From: a virus
IMG/VR virus record: IMGVR_UViG_3300030109_006070
Coordinates: 8,030 to 72,029 of that record
DNA: 64,000 nucleotides
Direction: 5' to 3' (one strand)
This document shows positions 57,642 through 64,000 of this stretch, one piece after another. The stretch's first letter is position 1. The number at the start of each line of letters is the position of its first letter. The notes beneath the pieces were generated by a model, which was not told where the DNA came from, searched no databases, and saw only the letters and a list, made by a program, of their open reading frames with translations. The position numbers and the translations under genes were made by a program.

Positions 57642-59530
57642 GTAAAAAAAAGACTGTATTAATACATTCTAATTTCTGTCGAGCTTATACAGGTTTTGGC
57701 AAAAACAAAAAGAATATTTTACGTTATCTTTATAATACTAACAAGTATAACATTGTAGAATTAGCCAACGGCGTACAGTGGGATGACCCTACTACAAAGC
57801 TTTTGCCTTGGGAGTGTAGAGGAGCTATGCCACCACCCAATGAGCTGGAAGGATTGACTCCTGAAGAGCAAAGGTCACAGGGCTATGGCCTTAAGTTGGT
57901 TGATAGAGCTATAAAAGAGTTTAAGCCAGATGTTTATATTGGCATGGAAGACATTTGGGCCTTCAACAGTTATCATACTAAACCTTGGTGGAATAAAATC
58001 AACACTATGATTTGGACAACTTTAGACAGTTTGCCTATTTTGCCACAAGCAATTGAGTATGCGCCAAAAATTAAAAACTATTATGTTTGGGCTTCTTTCG
58101 CAGAAAAAGCCATGAAAGAGATGGGTTACTATAATGTAAAAACTTTAAGAGGCTCTTTAGATACGACCAAGTTCTTCCGATTTAATAACGAGAAAAGAAT
58201 ACAATTAAGAAAAAAACACAATTTATCAGATGAATACATTATTGGTTTTGTTTTCAGAAATCAATTAAGAAAAAGCGTTCCGAATATATTAGATGGCTAT
58301 AAAGCTTTTAGAGAAAAAGAGCCGAAAGCGAAACTTCTTTTGCACACTCATTGGTCTGAAGGTTGGGATATTCCAAGATTACTTAAAGAAAAAAATATTA
58401 ACCCCGAAAATGTTTTAACCACTTATGTTTGCAATAAATGCGGGACATATCATATCTCTCCGTTCAAAGGTCAAGAGCATCGCTGTGGTTCTTGTGGCGC
58501 AGAGAAATCCGTAAACACCACTAATACAGGTAGAGGGGTCACTGATGCTCAATTAAATGAAATTTACAATTTAATGGATGTTTATTGCCATCCTTTTACT
58601 AGTGGTGGCCAAGAAATACCTATTCAAGAAGCTAAATTAACAGAATTAGTCACCTTGGTAACTAATTACTCCTGTGGAGAAGATAGTTGTTCAAAAGAAT
58701 CAGGAGGATTGCCTTTGGAATGGAGTGAATACAGAGAGCCTGGGACTCAATTTATTAAGGCTTCTACTTGTCCTTTAGATATCGCTCGCAAATTAGAACT
58801 TGTTCACGCAATGGGGGACGATGAAAGAAAGGCGATGGAAAAAAAATCTCGTCAATGGGTTATAGATAATTTTAGTGTGGAAGTTATCGGTAAACAGTTA
58901 GAAGATATAATTGATGAGATGCCGCCGATAGATTATGATTTTGAATCTAAAAGTCTTGATTATAACCCTGACTATCAACCCAAGAGCGATTATACTTCTA
59001 ATGAAGAGTTTATCATAGATATTTATAAAAACATCTTGTGCGACGATGTAGATGAAAATTCTCAAGGCTTTAAGCATTGGATGTCACAATTGCAAGCTGG
59101 AAAGAATCCTGTTGAGGTGGTTAATTATTTCAAAAATGTGGCGAATCAAGAAAAGCAAAAATCAAACACTCCAAGCTTAGAAGATCTTTTATCTAAAGAG
59201 GGAGAATCTAAAAAAATAGCTGTAGTTATACCCAGCAGCGAGGTGGATGTTTTACTAGTAAACGCTCTTCTTAAAAATCTAAAATCACAATACAAAAAAT
59301 ATAATTTGTACATTTTTACACAGCCTCAATTTTATCCTTACGTGGATGATAATCCTGCTGTTTATAAATTGCTTCCTTATAGTCCTTCGATAGAAAATCA
59401 ATTGTTAATGGAGGGAGTGGGAGATCACGAAGGGTATTTTGATATGGTTTTTTATCCTCATGCTACCACGCAAAAAGCTCTCTCTTACTTACATAACGGA
59501 TCTAATAAACATCAATTTTCCTTAAGATAA
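57638..59530 (+). CDS. Multidomain glycosyltransferase (GT4-like with Zn-ribbon insert and GT9-like C-terminus)
   Basis: TGFG, RNQLRK, CNKC..CGSC, SGGQEIPIQEA; C-terminal DVLLVNALLKNLK..DNPAV. Confidence 0.75.
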   Translation: MSKKKTVLIHSNFCRAYTGFGKNKKNILRYLYNTNKYNIVELANGVQWDDPTTKLLPWECRGAMPPPNELEGLTPEEQRSQGYGLKLVDRAIKEFKPDVYIGMEDIWAFNSYHTKPWWNKINTMIWTTLDSLPILPQAIEYAPKIKNYYVWASFAEKAMKEMGYYNVKTLRGSLDTTKFFRFNNEKRIQLRKKHNLSDEYIIGFVFRNQLRKSVPNILDGYKAFREKEPKAKLLLHTHWSEGWDIPRLLKEKNINPENVLTTYVCNKCGTYHISPFKGQEHRCGSCGAEKSVNTTNTGRGVTDAQLNEIYNLMDVYCHPFTSGGQEIPIQEAKLTELVTLVTNYSCGEDSCSKESGGLPLEWSEYREPGTQFIKASTCPLDIARKLELVHAMGDDERKAMEKKSRQWVIDNFSVEVIGKQLEDIIDEMPPIDYDFESKSLDYNPDYQPKSDYTSNEEFIIDIYKNILCDDVDENSQGFKHWMSQLQAGKNPVEVVNYFKNVANQEKQKSNTPSLEDLLSKEGESKKIAVVIPSSEVDVLLVNALLKNLKSQYKKYNLYIFTQPQFYPYVDDNPAVYKLLPYSPSIENQLLMEGVGDHEGYFDMVFYPHATTQKALSYLHNGSNKHQFSLR

Positions 59531-60672
59531 TGTCTCATTTAATTGAAGAATACGCTAAAAGCTTGGGTGTCAAGATATCATCTCCCGTTGTAAAAGATCA
59601 TTACTTTCCTGTTTTATTTGATAAATATATAACTATTCATCAGGCTTCGAATATGCCCTCGAAGACTTATTCTCATTACGATGTGGCTTTAAGTCTTTTA
59701 AAACCATTTTTAGAAAGAGCAAAAATAAAAGTTATACAATTGGGCGGGGACGTTAAAATAGAGGGAGCAGACGCAGCTTTAAGTGTTTCATTTAAACAGC
59801 AGTCTTTTATATTATCAAAATCTTTAGCTCACTTAGGCTGTGACAGCGCACTTTCTCAATTAGCTAGTCATAAAAAGATTCCGACAGTGACTTTATGTGG
59901 AAACGCTTTTTCTTCTAATGTGAAGCCTATTTTTTCTAGCGGTTCTTTAAATGTTACTTTAGAGCCAGAGTGGGATAAGAAACCGTGCTTTAACATTCAA
60001 GACCCTAAAAAACAAATAGATACAATTAATCCTGAAGTTGTAGCCCAGTCAGTTTTAAATTTTCTTAAGATAGAAAAAGAAGACATTAGATTTACGACCA
60101 AATACATAGGCTCATCTTTTCTTAAGCCTATTGTAGAGGTTATCCCTACTTCCTTTTCGCCTTTAAGGTTACAGCAAAATCAAAGATTAATGGTGCGTTG
60201 TGATTATGGCTGCGACGAAGATTCTTTTTTACATTATTGCACTAAATACCCAGTAATGATTACATCTAAAGATTTAATTCAGCCTCACGGACTTCAAAAA
60301 ATTGCTCATAATGTAAGTAATTTTTACTTATTCGTGGATGATAGTTGGGATACTATTCCTGATAATTATTTTAATATACTTAAAAATATGAACATTGATT
60401 TAAGTATGGTTGTAAAAGAAGAAAAACATTTAAATGGTATTAGAAATAAATATTTTGATATACCCGTTGTTCCTTACCCTGTGCCAAAAGAAGCTCCATG
60501 TGAGATTAATGATGATAGCAGGTTTATGTCTTCTCTAAGGCTCATAGAAGGCGGGAAAGAGTATTTAAGTTATGCTCATTGGGAAAAAAAGCTTGACAAT
60601 AACAATAAAGTGTTAGATACTCCTGAATATTGGAGACAATCAGATCATTTTTATATTTATGAGCGCGACTAA
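59530..60672 (+). CDS. GT9-like C-terminal domain protein
   Basis: HLIEEY, ITIH..SKTY, IQLGG, HLGCDSALSQLA..IPTVTL. Confidence 0.65.
   Translation: MSHLIEEYAKSLGVKISSPVVKDHYFPVLFDKYITIHQASNMPSKTYSHYDVALSLLKPFLERAKIKVIQLGGDVKIEGADAALSVSFKQQSFILSKSLAHLGCDSALSQLASHKKIPTVTLCGNAFSSNVKPIFSSGSLNVTLEPEWDKKPCFNIQDPKKQIDTINPEVVAQSVLNFLKIEKEDIRFTTKYIGSSFLKPIVEVIPTSFSPLRLQQNQRLMVRCDYGCDEDSFLHYCTKYPVMITSKDLIQPHGLQKIAHNVSNFYLFVDDSWDTIPDNYFNILKNMNIDLSMVVKEEKHLNGIRNKYFDIPVVPYPVPKEAPCEINDDSRFMSSLRLIEGGKEYLSYAHWEKKLDNNNKVLDTPEYWRQSDHFYIYERD
60593..60621 (+). promoter_or_regulatory. sigma70-type promoter
   Basis: TTGACA-N17-GATACT, 37 nt before ATG 60659. Confidence 0.55.
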
Positions 60673-61444
60673 AACAACAAAGAAGAAAGCAGCCAAGAAG
60701 TTTTACGGACCTGACGCATATAAGCGTAATGTTCACGGCTTGTTAGAGAACGTAGACTACGAGTTTAACGAGGACGGAACAGTAAACTGGAGAGCTATGA
60801 TCAAGCCCGAGTTCCTTTACCCTAATAAGGGTTGGTTCGATATTCGCAATAAACCTGTCCCTACGTCTACAGAAGATTTAGATGATAAGCAGCTTCTAAT
60901 TATGCTCGGCGGCATCAAGGAGCTAGCCAAGCTTAGAGGATACAATGCTATTGATTATAAGGTAGAAAATGTCGCAGATGGTTATGTTGTTGCAAAATGT
61001 CAGATTGAATGGATGGATAATTATGAAACTAACCCTCACGGTTTGTGCCCTAAATACACAGATGTAGCCAACGCTACTCTTGCGAATACAGATAATTTTT
61101 GCGCTAAGTTTCTAGAAACAATCGCTTGTAACCGCGCTTTTGTTCGTTGCGTTCGTAATTATCTCAATATTCACATTGTCGGAGCAGATGAGATTGATAA
61201 GTCTCAAGGCTCTGGTCAAGCAGTAGAAGCCGATGCAATTGCTATCCCAATTACCCCTGTGGACCTTTTGACTAAGACTTTAAGAGATAAGCACGGAGTA
61301 GATTCATTTGATTCATGCAAAGACGTTCTGCGTGATTTGTGGAAGAGCGAAAAGTATCGTAACGAAGAAGCTAAAAAATGGAGTTCTTTTTCCGATATCC
61401 CAGCCAGAGAAGCTAGAAAGCTTATTGTGGCTTTGAATAAATGA
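60659..61444 (+). CDS. Hypothetical protein, possible Rad52-like ssDNA annealing protein
   Basis: ETIACNRAFVRCVR..LNI..EI resembles the A.T.A..RA helix of annealing proteins. Confidence 0.4.
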   Translation: MSATKTTKKKAAKKFYGPDAYKRNVHGLLENVDYEFNEDGTVNWRAMIKPEFLYPNKGWFDIRNKPVPTSTEDLDDKQLLIMLGGIKELAKLRGYNAIDYKVENVADGYVVAKCQIEWMDNYETNPHGLCPKYTDVANATLANTDNFCAKFLETIACNRAFVRCVRNYLNIHIVGADEIDKSQGSGQAVEADAIAIPITPVDLLTKTLRDKHGVDSFDSCKDVLRDLWKSEKYRNEEAKKWSSFSDIPAREARKLIVALNK

Positions 61445-61899
61445 TTAAAAGAATTCTAAACCCTCAAGAATTCAAAGTTCTTTTGGATGACATTTTCCCT
61501 CTTTTCGATATGGAAAATGAAAAACAAGGCCATGCTTTGTTGAAACATAATAAAGAGTATATTTTTAATGCTTTTGGCGACAAGTCTATTTTGGCTTGGG
61601 ATTTCTTTGTGTGGGGAAATATAAATGATGCTGGTAAATTCGATGCTGTAATTGCATTTTTAAATAATAAAAATGAGAAATTCGGGGAAGAAATTTTTGC
61701 AGAGTATGTTTGGCTCTCTAAAAATCCAAGGGTAGGTCAAAAGCTTTTAGGGACCGCTATGAAATTTGCTAGAGAAAAAGAATTTAAATACGCCATGATG
61801 AGCTGTGTAGAAGCCCACCCAAAAGCCCGTAAAGTAGCTAGATTCTACGAAAAAATGGGCTTTATTAAAGATTCAGAAACATACATCGCTAAAATATGA
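61441..61899 (+). CDS. GNAT-fold acetyltransferase
   Basis: VGQKLL..A and ARFYEKMGF motifs. Confidence 0.75.
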   Translation: MIKRILNPQEFKVLLDDIFPLFDMENEKQGHALLKHNKEYIFNAFGDKSILAWDFFVWGNINDAGKFDAVIAFLNNKNEKFGEEIFAEYVWLSKNPRVGQKLLGTAMKFAREKEFKYAMMSCVEAHPKARKVARFYEKMGFIKDSETYIAKI

Positions 61900-62114
61900 A
61901 CCAAAGAGTTGCTAAAAGACTTAGAAGAATCTGTAATCCTGTTGACACTGTTTCAAAGAGGGTTTATCGTCGACTAAAGAAACAATACACTAAATTACCA
62001 CACCATGCAAAAAGAGATTTCCTCGACCTCCTCGAAGCCACATTCGCCGAAATCGGAAAAGTCCCCTTGGACAAAGAACAAAGTGGGATCATTCTGGATA
62101 AAGAACAACGATAA
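61896..62114 (+). CDS. Small basic hypothetical protein
   Basis: ATGA overlap with GNAT stop; MNQRVAKRLR..YRRLKK. Confidence 0.5.
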   Translation: MNQRVAKRLRRICNPVDTVSKRVYRRLKKQYTKLPHHAKRDFLDLLEATFAEIGKVPLDKEQSGIILDKEQR

Positions 62115-62238
62115 CGGTAGGCAATATCTCTCTGGAGAGATAATTGTAGACGGTAAAAAAATGCCCTGCTTAATCTTTAAAAACGATTACCAAGAAGGCA
62201 ATACTCCTCATTTCCATATTTACTCTGTAGGAGAGTAA
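62005..62238 (+). CDS. DUF736-like small beta protein
   Basis: VGSFW..GRQYLSG..IFKN..P.F.IY pattern. Confidence 0.55.
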   Translation: MQKEISSTSSKPHSPKSEKSPWTKNKVGSFWIKNNDNGRQYLSGEIIVDGKKMPCLIFKNDYQEGNTPHFHIYSVGE

Positions 62239-62244
62239 ATATAA

Positions 62245-62652
62245 TTATGCTGGAGGCTCTCCAGTCGGCGGTGGGGGCGGTGGAGTCTCAATCCAAGTCC
62301 TTAAAGCGGGGATAGCGGCAGTAATTGCATTCATAGCAGTAGCAACTTCTGGCACTTCATTAATACAATCCCAAAAAGTTTTTCTTCCGTTTGTTCGGCT
62401 CGGGACATTTAAATATTGCACACCTTCGTTGTCTGGGGTTTCCCAAATTTTTTCTTGTCCAGAAGTCCCGTTGTAAGGCAGACACTCGACGTTGATACTT
62501 CCTTGGTCGTTTCCTGAAGCATTAATCTGCGGTGCAAAAATATTGATAGAGCGCAACCAAACAGCGTCGAACTCCTGTTCTGGAACAGCAGGGACAATGT
62601 AAGGCTCGGGTCTCGGGATAGGGTCTCCTAATTTTTCTTGTTTTTTCGGCAT
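62245..62652 (-). CDS. Hypothetical protein, possibly tail-fibre associated
   Basis: 135 aa with Pro-rich ends; GTGTAA motif upstream. Confidence 0.55.
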   Translation of the reverse strand: MPKKQEKLGDPIPRPEPYIVPAVPEQEFDAVWLRSINIFAPQINASGNDQGSINVECLPYNGTSGQEKIWETPDNEGVQYLNVPSRTNGRKTFWDCINEVPEVATAMNAITAAIPALRTWIETPPPPPPTGEPPA

Positions 62653-62767
62653 GGCTTTCTTGTATTATATATTTTATTACACTTTTTTATACAAAAAATG
62701 ATTTTTAATTTAATACTAGAAATAACCAATCTACCCCATATAATTATAGGAAATAGACACTTTAATA

Positions 62768-62989
62768 ATGAAAACAATTGAATTTTCCGAAAACGAGATC
62801 AACGTATTAGTTCAGCTTATAGATATTGCAGTTAAAACTGGGGGCTTGAATGTAGCACAAGCTGGTGTTGCTTTAGCTGCCAAAATATCTAGTGGTGAGG
62901 TTTCACCGCCAGAGGTAGACAGTTCTCCAATTTTTGCAGAACCCGCTGAACTGGTAAATGTTCCTGAAGAGCAGGAAGAAGAAGCTTAA
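62768..62989 (+). CDS. Small acidic hypothetical protein
   Basis: 73 aa; LIDIAVKTGGLNVA helix. Confidence 0.55.
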   Translation: MKTIEFSENEINVLVQLIDIAVKTGGLNVAQAGVALAAKISSGEVSPPEVDSSPIFAEPAELVNVPEEQEEEA

Positions 62990-62995
62990 TTCTTC

Positions 62996-63682
62996 TTATA
63001 CAAAAAACGACTTTAAATGCCCCACCCTTAGTTTAGGGACAACTAAAGGCTTTATATCAGTTACTTCGTAGCAGTTTTTGCAAAAACTGACATCTTCGAA
63101 GCTTAAATCATTTAACTGGAAAGTCCCTCCTTTTTTATCGTCGCAACCGTCAATAGTTACTGCATTCAAAGGAAAGTAAGGATATTCCATTTCTTCTATA
63201 ATAGATCTGTGCATTCTTACAAAACCAAATCCACACCAATCTACTTCAACTAATTTATTTGGTTCTTCTTTAGCTGTTTTTTCTAACCACTCGACTGAAG
63301 TAAATGGCATGTGGTAGTTTTTTCTAAAATAATCCTCATCCCAATTTCCAACCATTGCTTTGTCGGAGTAATCAGATCGATACCAACCGCACAAAAACTT
63401 TTTGTCTTTAGGCATATTCATCATATACTCTATTTGTTCTATATTAAATTGGACATCAGAATCGATCCAGAAAAGCCATTCAGCTTTTGGTGGGGTAGTA
63501 TCTGTAAATCCCCCGCCTCCTGTAGCTAAAAAATTTCTAGCGAAGTTTAAAAATAAGCCGTTACAAGTTAAAATGGCTGAATTATTTTTGTCGCACCAAG
63601 TTTGCAATTCTAAATATTGCCCCATACATTTACCTTGGATTCCTCTGTGATCGATAGGAACTAAAAACACACAATCTAGCAT
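62996..63682 (-). CDS. Glycosyltransferase GT-A/GT2-like
   Basis: ARN, WIDSD, GFGF, EDVSFC, VGHLK motifs. Confidence 0.8.
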   Translation of the reverse strand: MLDCVFLVPIDHRGIQGKCMGQYLELQTWCDKNNSAILTCNGLFLNFARNFLATGGGGFTDTTPPKAEWLFWIDSDVQFNIEQIEYMMNMPKDKKFLCGWYRSDYSDKAMVGNWDEDYFRKNYHMPFTSVEWLEKTAKEEPNKLVEVDWCGFGFVRMHRSIIEEMEYPYFPLNAVTIDGCDDKKGGTFQLNDLSFEDVSFCKNCYEVTDIKPLVVPKLRVGHLKSFFV

Positions 63683-63688
63683 ATAATA

Positions 63689-63716
63689 ATTATAGATTTT
63701 AAATCTATAAAATCAA
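63689..63716 (-). promoter_or_regulatory. sigma70-type leaderless promoter overlapping a perfect inverted repeat
   Basis: Minus strand TTGATT-N16-TATAAT, ATG 6 nt later; TTATAGATTT-T-AAATCTATAA at 63690-63710. Confidence 0.5.
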
Positions 63717-63720
63717 CTTA

Positions 63721-64000
63721 TTATCCGTACCTCCAGTAAGATCCATCAGAGTACACTGGAGCGACAGCGCTTCCTCCTGCATACACTGTGCTACCTAATG
63801 AGGAAGATCCAAATGTGTAGTAAGAGTTATTGACCATAGCTCTTTGACCCGCTGGAGAAGCTGAAGGGAGACTTCCTATAGCATAAACTTTTGTTTTTAT
63901 TGTTCCATCAACATCTAGCTTAACAGATGGATCAGTTGTTCCAATGCCAACATCTCCTCCGTCTTCGATAACCAAAGCGCTTGCGTTATTACCTACAATG
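63721..64000 (-). CDS. Tail fibre C-terminus (5' truncated)
   Basis: GDVGIGTTDPSVKLDVDG repeat and LPSA..G.RA.V..PVYSDG..W terminal domain typical of fibre proteins. Confidence 0.7.
   Translation of the reverse strand, partial: IVGNNASALVIEDGGDVGIGTTDPSVKLDVDGTIKTKVYAIGSLPSASPAGQRAMVNNSYYTFGSSSLGSTVYAGGSAVAPVYSDGSYWRYG

Noticed and set aside
2504-63650. Many antisense and alternate-frame ORFs in the track (e.g. 2504-2833, 2760-3065, 8006-8356, 16495-16989, 25410-25670)
   Set aside because: Shadows of strongly supported genes or of a promoter region, with no recognisable motifs.
1-64000. Stop-codon reassignment, introns, inteins or homing endonuclease insertions
   Set aside because: Standard code gives near-complete coding density; NrdA, DnaB, RecA and the DnaE core are of normal length without visible insertions.

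Overview
The window is part of a large, AT-rich tailed dsDNA phage genome, almost fully coding, with no tRNA, rRNA, CRISPR or integrase seen. About 1-22.7 kb is virion morphogenesis: terminase C-terminus, portal, protease/scaffold, capsid, an inverted neck/tail-tube block, chaperones, a 2209-aa tape measure and tail-tube paralogs. About 22.7-29.3 kb holds Hsp20, a glycosyltransferase, SSB, a phage sigma factor and class I RNR. About 29.3-43.4 kb is a 17-gene glycan biosynthesis/modification cluster containing a form IV RuBisCO-like protein flanked by a HAD phosphatase, two nucleotidyltransferases, a cupin and a GDPD-like gene. About 43.4-55.4 kb is replication/recombination (RecA, DnaB, primase, Cas4-like nuclease, three-part PHP/DnaQ/DnaE polymerase) plus a ClpC/ClpA ATPase. 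The rest is further GTs, small proteins and a tail-fibre end. Most notable: (1) the RLP-centred sugar pathway; (2) a hidden -1-frame extension behind an A9 run in the head module; (3) a recurring GTGTAA putative late promoter plausibly read by the phage sigma; (4) a structured leader upstream of that sigma gene; (5) a short promoter-terminator unit after clpC. All product calls come from motif recognition and gene context; no database search was run.
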